From the IMG/VR virus record IMGVR_UViG_3300045988_123818: 64,000 nucleotides of DNA; one strand, given 5' to 3'. Below are positions 18,823 through 30,800 of the stretch, in pieces. The position numbers and the translations under genes were made by a program. This DNA is from a virus. The notes beneath the pieces are model-generated. The model did no database searches. It was not told the DNA's origin and saw only the letters and a program-made list of their open reading frames with translations. The first letter of the stretch is position 1. Each line of letters starts with the position of its first letter.

Positions 18823-21800
18823 TTAATCAATCTTATCCAAATCTTCTACAGCCTCCTGTATTATCATCTCAATATTCTTATTCGCGAAGTCCACCTGCTT
18901 CTTATCATCGGCCCACTTCTTTCTCATCGTGTTCCAATGGCGCATTCGCTTTTCCGCATTCTTGATGATATTCACCTTTCTTTGCTCAGGTGAGCCTTCG
19001 AACTTTTCCAATGCAGCAGCATTTTCAATCCTCTTCATCGTAGGCACGTTCTTCGATTTCAGCTTGTCGTTATTGGCGATAGTCTGTTCCATTTCCTCCT
19101 TGTAGTTATACCATTTGGCTTTGGTTCTCGCCATGCTCGACTGTTCTCTTGGAGTATAGAAGAGTGAGCGCAAGAATGGCACATCGCCCACTTCTATCTC
19201 GTCTGTCTTGCCAGTCGTTGCCTTTGCACCCAAGCCTGCAGTGCGTTGAGTAAATGTGCCCATACCGCCACTCCACGAACCGAAGAAATGATTGAGCATC
19301 GACGGGTCCGTTGCCCAGTCAAGAACCTCGTTGCCCTTCATTTCCGGATTACCAGGAGCTATATTGTTTGTCTTGGCGTTCACCCACTTGTTCAAGTCCA
19401 CAAGTCTTGCCGGAACATTATTATAGGCGTTCTGCCATGCCGGGTTAAGCTCTGTCTTATCGCCCGTTCGTCTTATCGGCGCACCCTTCCAGTCGTTGTT
19501 AAGCCACCATTCAATGAACGGAACTATAGCAGTAGGAGCAATACCTTCTGTAGTCATGCCAACTCCGTTTTCCAAGCTCTTTTCATAGTTCGGATTATTC
19601 AAGAAGTCCACCACCGGGAATAGCTGCGACATACATCCCACGGCATCCATAGCCATGTTTCGCTGGCTCTTCACATTCTGGGCAAATGTTTGTCCTGCTG
19701 CCAAGTCGCCAAGACTATAGAATGCTCTCAGCTCAATAGCCAACGGCACTGTCACAAATTTGTTATTGCCCACATATATACACAGGTTGTTTCTCCTGAT
19801 ATAGTCTGGTAACTCGCCATACGGGTCTTTCACGTTGCCTCTGTCCTTCTCGTCCTCATTCTGTATAATAGCATTGTTGACAGCAGCCATAATCAACGCT
19901 AAGGCAAACGGTGCAGATGTCATAGCAACAGTAGTACCCACAGGCGCACGCTTGATATTCTTTAACAGCAGGTTCGTACTCTGAATGCCAGCATTAAAGA
20001 ACATCGAGTAGTTTCTTAGGTAGCCTGCCACAAAGCCGTATGTGTTTCGCCTTGCCTTCTGCCAATCACCCATTTCTCCGTTCTTGAAGCTCTTTATAGC
20101 ATCACCCGAACCATGACGGTTGAAGTTTGTCGATACCTCCTTTGCGTCATACGCGCTTCTTGCTGCCGAACGTCCCAAGTCTCTTGATGTGCAATATGTG
20201 GCGAAGCGTGCCATATTCTCAGCCACCTCGTTCAAGCTCTCAACGTTCTCGCCCAATTTCTTAAGCAGTTCCACAGCATTAACCACAACCTTCTTCGCGC
20301 CCTTTGCCGACTCCTTTTCCACAATACTCTTGTAGCTCTTCTCCATGTCGTGCATCGAGAACAACTGAACAAAACCTGTCTCGCCGCCGTTCTCCATGAA
20401 CTCCTTGAAGTATCGCTCCATCTTCGAGTTGCCAAGCGTGCCCTCTCTGTATCGGGCATACAGTCCGAAGCCTACACCATTCTTGAAGTCTTTCATCTTC
20501 ATGCTCTTCAATCTTCCTGCGCCCTCATTGTAGAACACATTCAGCGGATTAAGCTCACCATAATAGCGTGCCCATTTCTTAGCATATCTTCCACCTTCCT
20601 TTGCCCTCACATGCGAAGATGCAAATTCCGCGTCTCTCACGATGTTTCTCATTACAAACTCCGGACTCCACGATGTTGAGGCCATAGCCATCCATCGTGT
20701 CACAGTCTGCAACCACTTTTGGCTTGCCTTGCCGTTCTCCAGCATTCCGTTCAAAGCCTGTGCCGCTCTCGGATTGCCAAGCACCACAAATCTGTGTGTT
20801 CGTCCTGCTATCTTCACGTCCACAAAGTGTTGGCTCTTGTCCTTCGCTCTTTGGAACTTGAAGCCGATGTCCGTGCTGTTGCTCAGACTCTTTGCCTCGC
20901 CCTTAGCTTGCTTGGCCCTCATGTCCGTTTCAAAGGCATCCACAATTTCTGCAACTTCATCAGCTTCGGCTCCTTCGGGAATCTTCGGATAAGCCTCCTC
21001 CCAAATGTCGTTACCGTTTCTGTCTGTGCCTATTTTTTCTACCCAAACCTTTGTCTCCTTCACAAGATTCTGCTCTCCGCTGTTTCTCACGAATCGCGCA
21101 AAGGCTTGCTTTATAGTGTTCTGCCCTCCGTTTCTTATCGCACGGTTGCCCATCAAGCCTATCTGTGCCAATATCTCCACATTGCTCAGACTCTTTCGTC
21201 CCTTGGCGTTCATCAGCGTCGTACCGATATAGTTGCTTGGGTCGCCCATTTCTGTCACATATCCGTATACGTCCTCAGCGGTAGCCTCGTCAAACTTTCT
21301 CAACGGTACATACCAGTCGAACATGCCCAATACTCCGTCATGTGTAATTTGACTTATCAGTCCACTCTCGTAGTCCGAATTTACAGAATAATCAGTAGCT
21401 GCCTTCACCTTCTTCCAGAAGTCGGCAACTGAGCCTTTCTTCATGCTTTCCATGCTCGCCTCCTGGTTCATTACCTCGTCAATAGCTCCGGCATCATCGT
21501 ATGGTGCTTTCTTGTCTGCAATACCCTGCAAGCCGTGCATACCCGAATAGTCATGCTCCTCAGCCTTGAAGTCCTTGTCCAAGTTCTTTACAATCCACTC
21601 GTCCATCTGACGGTAGTACTCTTTCAAGTCTATCTGTCCCGAGTCAAGCTTCTTTCTAAGGTCGTATTTTTCGCCCTTCCAAGCAGTCTCCAAAGCATCA
21701 ATACTATCGGATTCTTCACTCTTCACTTTTCGTTCTTCCCTTATCCAGTCTCTCACGAACAGCACACGGTTTCTCTCCAATCCATGCTTTCTAATCATAT

Positions 21801-24800
21801 ACAGATTGAAGTTCCTTATTCTGTCCTCCACCTTCTTGCCGTCGAAGCTGTCCAACACGCTCGACATAGCCTTGTCAAGCGGCTCCATATAGTGTATTTC
21901 GAAGAGCTTGGATTTGTCGCTCATCTTGCCCTCCGTGATATTTTGCATCAGATATGGATTCATCGAGCTTGCCACATCTTCAATCTTCCTGATAGACGGA
22001 TCAATAGCCTCCATCAGTTTCTTCAACGAGAGCATATTGTCCATGAAAGCCTCCGTAGCCATATAGCTATGACGGTCCAGGGCATGATGGTATCTGTCCA
22101 AAGCGGTAGCAGCACTTGGAGCCGTGCGGTAGTGTATCTCTCCGTCCGTTGTCTCCAGCCATTCCTCGCGACTCATGTTCTCGAAGTCATGGCTCTTGCC
22201 GTCGTTGTCATACAGCTCGCCGCCCTCAATCTTCGTGTACTCCGTCTTCTCATGCTCTATCTTCCACCTCACAGCCTCAGCTCTCAGCTTCCACAGCGGA
22301 CTGTCTCCATGCTTCTGCACGTTCTTCGCAAGCCACAGCATATACTTCACGTCCTTCACGTTAGGCGAAACTCTGTAGCCTATCTCATGCAGGGCATCTG
22401 TCACCTTATTCTTAATGTAGTTCCAGAATCCCGGCTCACCCTTTCCGTCCTCTGCGCTCTTGGCGATAAACTCTTCAATAGCGTCATAGAATCCAAGGTG
22501 ATTCATGTTCATCTTTTCCTTCACATAAGCTCTCAGCTCAGCATTGATAGGGTTGTCCAAGTCCATCCAAAGGTCTCTCATGTAGGAGTCAAACTTATCT
22601 CCAAGCAGTCCTCTCATACCCTTGTGTCCTACAGTCTCGTGCCAAACGGTTTTCTCCGCGGTATACGTGTCATGGATGTTCGGCATATACAGATGCACCT
22701 CGCCCGTCTTCTCGTCATACCAGCCAGTCACCTGCTTGCCGCTCTCTATATCCTTGCGCACCTTCGGGTTCTCAATCTCCTCAACCGAGTTCACCATCTT
22801 CACCTTGCCTCCAGTTCTCTTGGCAACCTTCTCCACGGTCTTGATGATACGCTCGCTCATAGCATTCGAAGCCCCTGAAGTCTTCTCAGGTGTTACAACA
22901 CCCTTGTCGTAGCTCCACCCATTCTCGTCAACATCAGCCATAGCTGCATCGTCTATAGTCTTGTTGAAGTCTTCAAGAATATCCTCAATGGCTTTATCCA
23001 TCTTGCTCTTGTCCGAAACCTCAAAGAGTTTCTTCACAGCGTCCTTCACACGTTCCCACACGCTTCGGTCTCCCTTGCGCATAAGCTCCTTTGCGAAGTT
23101 CACCACTCTGTCCATCACTCCAAGGTCAAGTGCTTTTCTCTGACGTGGGTCTGCCATCTGTGCTGCAAACTCATACTCGTCCTCAAGTCCATAGTTATTC
23201 TCTCTAAACTTCTCTTGGTTCCCAACGGCACGGTCGTATATCTCCGATATTGTCTCAACTGCCTCTATCTGTTTTTGGGTGAGCATACCGTCTGCCTTGC
23301 CGCTCTTCACAAGATGAATGGCTCCGTTCACACCCTCATGTATCATTTCATGAAGAATGGTCACAGGTAACTCTACCTTAGAAGAAGATGTTTTTACAAG
23401 TCCGTCAATAGAATATCTTATATCGCGTTCAGGCGAAGCGTAGCCCATTGGACTTGTCAGTTTGCCACTATTTATTTCATCCTGTACACCAAAGTCTACA
23501 CCAAGGCGTTTTAGCACATCGCGTGTTTGGGCAAACAGTTTTCCGAGTTCTGGGGAGGTGTTAGACTGTCTAAATATCTTTTCAACCTCTCCAAATCCGA
23601 TTTCACTTCCGGCTGACAATCCGTAAGTGTTTCTGAGATTTTCTGCTCTAACTCGTCTATAGTCAAGTTCTCTATTGATTGCAGCCAAGGCAATTCTGTC
23701 TTGTGCTTTATTTCTATGTCCTTGAAGCGTAGTCTTATTATCCGCATTAACGGACGCGAGTCTTCCAGTTCCCGCTCTCTCCGAATCTTCGCCTGTATTG
23801 CTTTCCTTTCTTCTGAGTTCATTTTCTAATTGTTTCTTTTGGTTCTCTAATACTGATTTTCGATAACGGGAAGCAAGGAAAATCTTATCTGAAACAGCTT
23901 GCATAAATTCTTCTTTGCTGTCAAAATCACTCTCTACCTCCCCAATCTCTTCATCAAACTTCTTCTCAATTCCCTCCGATGTCTTCTTGTCAACATCTTC
24001 CGGCACAACACGGCCATCGCGCTGTCCTTTCGAACCGCCCTTCGCCTTGTTATACACCTCAGCAGCGTGCTCCACTCTGTACATCACACTCTTGCCCTCG
24101 TACTTCTTCTTCAAGTATCGCTGCATTTCCTCCTCGGTCATGCCTGCCAACTTGCAAGTCAGTTTCTTTAGCTCCGCAATCACAGCCTGGCTCGTCTCGT
24201 TTCTTGTCTGACGCTCCTGTTGCTCAAAGGTCTCGTACGTGATGCCAAGGAATTTCTTCTTCTGCTCGGCACTATAACCCTCCATATCAAACGGAATAGA
24301 GTAGTCCTTCCAATCGCCTCTGACACGCACGTTGATGCCACCCTCGTTAAAGTCTACCCGCACGTTCTTCAACTCCTCCAAGTCCTTAACCGTCTGCTTA
24401 CTCTTCTTCATCATTATCGCATTGGTGTCGATAATGCGGTCGGGCATTTCCACGTCGCGCAAATCCTCGAAGAAGTCCTCTATCTTGTCGTAGTGACCGC
24501 CCAAGTCCCACTTCTCGGGATGGCCAGCCTTTGCTCGCATAGCCTCGTTGCTTATCTTGTCCACCACCACAACACGGCATACTACCTTCGTACCTGCCTG
24601 TTCGAACACGATGTCGGGCAGCTCCACCTCCGCACGTAGCACGGCGGTCTTCTCGCCCTCAATCCACTTGTCAAACTTCTTGTCCGTTGATCCTCTCGGT
24701 ATGAGAGCCACCACCCGACCGCCTTCTTCCAAGTGTTTAAATGCCTTACCCAAGTGAGCAATGGCTGTTGCTCCAGCCGTGCCGAACGGTGGGTTCATCA

Positions 24801-27800
24801 CCACCACGTCGTGCTTGTTGCTGATGTCGTAGTTCTCGAATATGGTGTTCACGAACTTTCGTCCCAAGCCTCCTGCCTTCAACTGCAACTTGGTGAACAG
24901 ACTCTGGCTCGGCTCAATGGCTGTCATTCGGTTGCCCTTTGGCACATATCGCGCAATGGCTCCATGTCCTGCGCTCGGTTCCATTGCCGTGTCGCCTTCG
25001 CCCATGTTCGCCCATTCCACCATCTTGTAGCCCAATGGTTCCGGGGTAGGGAAGTAGTCCACGCCCTCACGGTTGCGCGAGTTAAGCTTCTGGTTGGAGT
25101 AGTAGTCAAGCACAGCGTCATCGTATGGGTCGGCGTTCTGCTCCTTTGGCGCGTCAAACTCCTTGCCGCCAACGCCCTGCTGCTCAATTGGCACAACTCC
25201 GCTATGCTCCAGTATGCCCTTGGCGAAACTGTCTCTCAAGCTTCGCGCCTTACTGCCAAGCGCAAGGTTCTCCGTCGTCGATACCTGGTTGTTGAACTTC
25301 TCGCCGAACAGCATCATTTCTGAGTTCAGTCCCAATATCGGGTACTCAAATATGGCGTTGCTCTTGTTGCCGATACGGTAGGTGCGTCCCTCTATCTGCA
25401 AGACTGTGATAGGGCTTTGTGGCAGAGCCAATGTTATGCACACTCGCTGATGCTCGCCCGTCTTGTCATGCAGCGAGATTCCCTCCTTGCCGCTCGCCTC
25501 CTGAATCACGATGATGTTCTTGCCGCTGTTGTCGTCGTTGAAGGTGTCCACGGCCTTGTCCTTCACCTTTGAGCTTTCCTTGCCACTAAAGAACAGCACG
25601 TTGTCCTTGCCGAACACCTTGGCTATCTGCTCTCTTGGCATACTGTAGTCCAATGTCTGCTCCCACTTCAACAAGTCGGCATACTTCCGGCTGAAAGCTC
25701 TAACAGCCTGTATCGCCTCGTTCTTTGCTTCGCCTGGCTTCATAAGTGAGATAGAGTAATTAGCTCTATCCAACATCAAGGCGAACGGCGGCTTTATAGG
25801 TTCCTTTGTCTCCACTCTTCGGTGGAATATCACGACCTTGCGTCCTGCGTCCAAATGGGCCTTTATGCGCTCGATAATGTTAGCCACCTTCATAGTCTCA
25901 AACAGCGCGCTACCATAAGTATAGTCGCCTATCGTCTTACGGTAAGCGTCTGCCAGCACTCCGTGTCCTCTTACGGCATCCTGCACAGCTTGGTTGAACT
26001 GCTCCGCATGGTCGGGCGATACCGTCGGGAAGTCTCTTGAATAGTCATACGGACTGTCTATAATGCGTCCGCTCATGGTTCCCAACGTGTCTAGCAGATA
26101 GTCAGAGAAGGCTATCTCCTGCTTGGCTACAGCTTCGGGATTACTCGTGCTCTGCTCCAGTCTGCCATAACGGAACTTGTATGCAGCGCCAAAATGGTCA
26201 AGATAGAACTGTGTGCGCCCGCTCATTCTTCCGCCCTTTTCTTCTTCGGGATATTTGAAAATGTATCCCTCCGCATAGTCAAGGTTCTCGCGTGTATTGA
26301 ACGGTGTGGCTGAAAGGAAGATAGTCTTTGTGTCCTTCCATTCGCTTTTTGCCTGCGCCTCAAGCTTAGGCATCACCTCATTTATGTAATGACTAAAAGC
26401 CTTCTTGAATTCGCTGTGTATCTCTCCAAGCTTCGGGAAACTGGCATAATCTCCAGGAGTAAAGTTTATTATCTCCTTCGGTAATGCTTTACTTGTAGCG
26501 TATGATATGTCACGTGCCGTTGCGCTCGGATGGCTCGCTTTGTATTCGTCCTGTATACGTTTTACTTCTTTATCGCGCTCAGCGTTAAACTGCTCGCTAA
26601 GGCTCTTCATCTTCTGATAGTCTGCATTCGTCTCTTGTAGCCTAAGGAAGCAATGATTCTCGCTTCTGTTCGTCATCATGTAGTGCTGCATACTACGTGC
26701 TGTCTCCGCACCATTCTTGTTTTCCATGATACGGTGACTCTCGTCGTATATCACAGCATCCCACTTGGTTTCCAGCAGCTTCTTGTTCACTCCGAAGTTG
26801 GCGAATGTGGTGATCACCACGCCCTCGCCGCTTTCCGTCGTAGCCGTTGTGCCACGCTCCTTGGCTATGCTGTCAAGGTCGCGAATCTCCATGTTCAGAT
26901 TGCGTCCGTCCTTTATCCAGTCGCTCACCTTCTTCTGGCTCGGTGTCACAATAAGTATTCGTCCCTTGCCCTGCTTCACAAGTCGCTTCGCAATGCCAAG
27001 TCCCGTGAATGTCTTGCCCGTACCCGTGCCGTTGGTGAACATGTAGCCCTTGCCATAGGCGTGCTCTCTGTCCGCATGTTCCTTGCCGAAGAACTGTGTC
27101 TCTGCTTTCAGTACGTCCTCCTGCTGCTGAGGCAGAAGATAGGGTAGGGTCTCCTCGATGTTCTTCTTGTCGCCTATCTTCACCTTGATAGGCTCGGCCT
27201 CCATCTGTCTCTGATACTTATCGTTCAGAGGCTCTGAAAGCTTGTTTCTCAGCTTCTCGTTTCCGTGGATGCCTGCCCATTCGCCGATGGTATGGGTCTC
27301 ACCGTCCATCTGGTAAGGAGTGTTCCAATAGTCTTCGATGAATCTGTCAACATCATCATCGCTGAGGCCTATCATCTTCAACTCCTCGCCTTCCTCGGCG
27401 CGCATAGCTGCCTTCCACTCGTTGAACTTGTAGATACCTTCCTTTATTTTCAGCACAGCTCCATTAAGGTGCATCTTGAACAACTCGGGGAGCATTTCTA
27501 TCTGCTCGGGCGAAAGGTTCAGCTTCTTGAAGGGAGTCAAGGCTATCTTCACATATCCTTGTCCTGCCTTCTTCCATCTTTCCCAAAAGTCCTTTTTCTT
27601 CTGCTCGTATTCGGCGCGCTCCTGTTTTAGTCGCTCAGATGTACTATCTGGGAAATGAGTTCCTTGCTTGGTTGCAGGCTTCCGTCCTGCATTCGGGTCA
27701 AGAGGTCCATTGCCGCCGCCTTGTCCTCCTCGCTTAGGTACATTTCCCTCATTGCCAGCTCCACCGCCTCCTCGGGTGTCAGTACTTCCGGCAGATACGG

Positions 27801-30800
27801 CATCCATTCCGGGTGTATTTCCTTCACCTTTGTCAACGCGCGGTTTTCCAGTAGATACAGGAGTGTCGTTCTCACCGCCCGTTCCGCTCTCTCGCTCTCC
27901 GGGTGTAGTTCGTTCGCCGTCTGTTCTATCCACTGGTCCATCAGGTCCTCCGCCTTCTCGTCCTCGTCCCAATCCCAATTCTTGGCTGCCTCCAGTATTG
28001 GGAGCATCCAACTGTGTTCCGTCTTTTGTTCCGCTATTGTCGGGAACATTCTCATGTCTACTTCTAACATCGTTCCAAATTTTAAAGTAAGAAATTGCGT
28101 TAATTATATTGCCCTTGTCGCCACGCAAGTATGCGAGTGCGGCAGGTATCAACTCTTTGTTCTCCTCAGAAGTCAGCTCGTTTATCTCTGTTTCCGTAAG
28201 AGGATTCTTCGATGATACGGCTTCTCGTTCCTCCAAGTCCATCTGTTCCCAAGGCTTGTCTATCTTCTCGGCTTCTGCCTTGCCTACTTCCTCGCCAAGA
28301 ATCTTTCCTATCTCTCGACCGATAATCCTGCGTCGCTCCACCAAGCCAATACCGTTTCCTCTCAGCTTGGTTTCCATCGCCTGTTTCATCTTCTCTGTAG
28401 CACGCTTTATATCAGAAGCGTCGCCACTCTCCTTTGCCTTCGCCAGTTCCTCCTTAGCCTTCTGCACCTGCTCGTCCTTATACATTTCTGCAGTATGCGC
28501 CAACCAAGCCAACGGATTTGTCTTCGAAGGTTCCTCCTTTGTCTTCTCACCCTTCGGGTCTATAGCGTCTTTTATATCGCCCTTCGGTGTTACAACACTA
28601 TCGGATTTTTCACTTTTCTCTTTTCCCTTTTCACTCTCCCTCTTGACAGCCTTGTCTACTTCTCGCTGTCCTTCTGCTGGTTCGTTTCCTCCTGGTGCTT
28701 GCGGTTCAGTTCCCTCAGAGCTGCCAGCATCGCCATTTCCTTCTTTGCTTGAATGTCTTGTTTCATAGTCTTTCCAATTTCTAAGTTTTAAAAATTCGTT
28801 TACAAAATCTTCCTTTGTAGGCCTCTCGCCAAACATTTCCGCCTGACTGGCATCCGCATAATGAGCTGCATTACGGTTATATGCCATCATCAGCTCACGG
28901 AAGTCCTCAACCTTACCCTCCAGAGCAAGAGCGATAGCCTGAGATATAGGGTCAAATCTGTCCGCAGCGTTCTCGCCAAACATAGCAGGAGTGCGCAAGT
29001 ATGCGTCCACACCGCTTCCGCCTTGACGAGCTTCATATACCAACTGCACAGCCTTGTCTATCTCCTTCATCAGAGCATAGTCGCCAAGTTTCATGTTGTC
29101 TGTCACAGCACGGATGCCATTCAGAGCCTTTGTCTTAAGCATTCCGTCAACGCCCATCATACGGATAGTGTTTTCTGAGAACACGCTGCCAAGCAACAGA
29201 TTCTTCACGAAGTCCTTGCCTGCTGCCGAGAGCTTGTCTTCACTCTCACGCAATCCGGCTACCTCGTTCAGACCAATCACGCCCTTATCTATTAAACGCT
29301 TTAGCAACGAGTTTATTGCTGTAGGATTGTTAAAGAATGCATCAAGATTACCGCTTCCCTCTATCTCTGATATAATAGTGCCTATCTCGTCTGCAGAAAG
29401 CTTCTTCGAGTTCGCCACTGCTTGCTGTGTATTGCCCTGTGTCTTCTTCTCGTTCTTGTTGAACTTGGCGAAGGTTGCCGTGTCATACTTCATCGGCTCG
29501 TCACTCACAAGAACAAGGCGCGGATGCTTTATTCCGCTCTGCTCAATCTGCTCTGCGGTGAAGCCGTAATTCTCTGCATTCTCCTTCAATGCTTCAAGAT
29601 AAGCACTGTCGGTACCGTTCTTTGCTGCCTTCTGTCCCGCCATCGTTCTGCCGTTACCGTCAACAACAATGCCGTCAGATGTCACAACCGGAACCTGGTC
29701 TACTGCCTGTCCGTCATACTTCATGGCTATCATATCAGTTACCAGCTGAGCCTGCTTGTCATTCTCATAGTCACGGTCATTGATAGTCCTGCCTTCTTCG
29801 TTCACGGGGAAACCATCACTCTTCTTATATCCGTCGTTGGCATTATGCGAAGGTGTCAGACTGTCTGCTTCAACAATCTCATAGTGTCCTCTTAGCTTGC
29901 TTCCGTCAGCCAATGTACGTGTACGCTTGTTGCCCACAATACGCTTACCGCTTTCAAACTTCTCACGAACAGCGCCTAAATTACCTGCTTCACTTACCGA
30001 ACCTTCTTCACCTGCACTACCTACCTTCTCCATTCCAGCCTTAACCTTATTCGCGGTCATTACCTTCTTGATATTGGTATATAGCTCCAGTTCTGCTTTG
30101 GCGGCATCAACCGCCTTCGTCTTCTGAGCCTCAGCTTCCTTGGCGTCGTTCAAGTCGCCCGTGTAATCCACCTTTATTTTTTCGGCTTCTTTCAGCATCT
30201 TCTCGGCTCTCTTTATCTGTCCGTCTACAGCAGCTTCTGCGTTCTCGCCAAACTGCGAAGACATCCACTCCGCTCCATGTTCGGGTGTCATTTGCGAGTA
30301 GTCAGCAGTCTCACGGCCTTTCGTGTCCTTCATCATCGGCACAGGTGACCCATCGGCAAATGTTAAAGTCTCGTTACTTCCATTGCCATTATCGGATGGA
30401 TTATTTTTTTCTCCTTCCCCTATAGGCTTTACATCTTCAACTCCAGGCGCCGACGCACCCTCCTTCGGTGTTACAACACTCTCAGTCTTAGTATCGGATT
30501 TTTCACTTTTCTCTTTTCCCTTTTCACTCTCAGCGTAAGCCACCGAGTTCTTCTCCTCCAACATCGTCTGATAGTTCTTGGCATAGTCCTCCGTCTTTTC
30601 CACATGGTCAAGCTGCACGTCCTTCTTGCTCACGAAGTCCATCTCCTTTGTATTCGGGTCAAGCACGCTAAGCATGTCGCCAACGCTTTCTCTCGCTCTA
30701 CCCTCATTATCAAAGGCAACATCGCCCGCTCCAACAATAAGTACTCTGCCATTGTTGTCCTTCACAAACAACATCTGGCCGCCATCCTGCTTCTCGCCGT

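Noticed and set aside
21535-22878. A 447-aa plus-strand ORF, along with many other plus-strand ORFs of 60-290 aa across 18.8-33.7 kb (for example 30604-31413, 20719-21432, 24733-25323 and 28109-28768).
   Set aside because: All are antisense to the giant ORF. They are Leu/Ser/His/Val-rich and low in complexity and have no start context. They are shadow ORFs of a purine-rich coding strand.
23511-23822. A second same-strand +1-frame ORF (103 aa, K/E/R/L-rich) inside the giant gene.
   Set aside because: Unlike at 27627-28070, the annotated frame here encodes ordinary complex sequence. The +1 product's composition is what a purine-rich region yields by chance. This is low priority unless comparative data show synonymous constraint.
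27655-28215. Plus-strand ORFs of 186 aa and 140 aa opposite the low-complexity linker of the giant gene.
   Set aside because: They are Ser/Pro-rich antisense products of a region that is stop-free in four frames because of its composition. They are noted only because they caution against over-reading the +1-frame ORF at 27627-28070.
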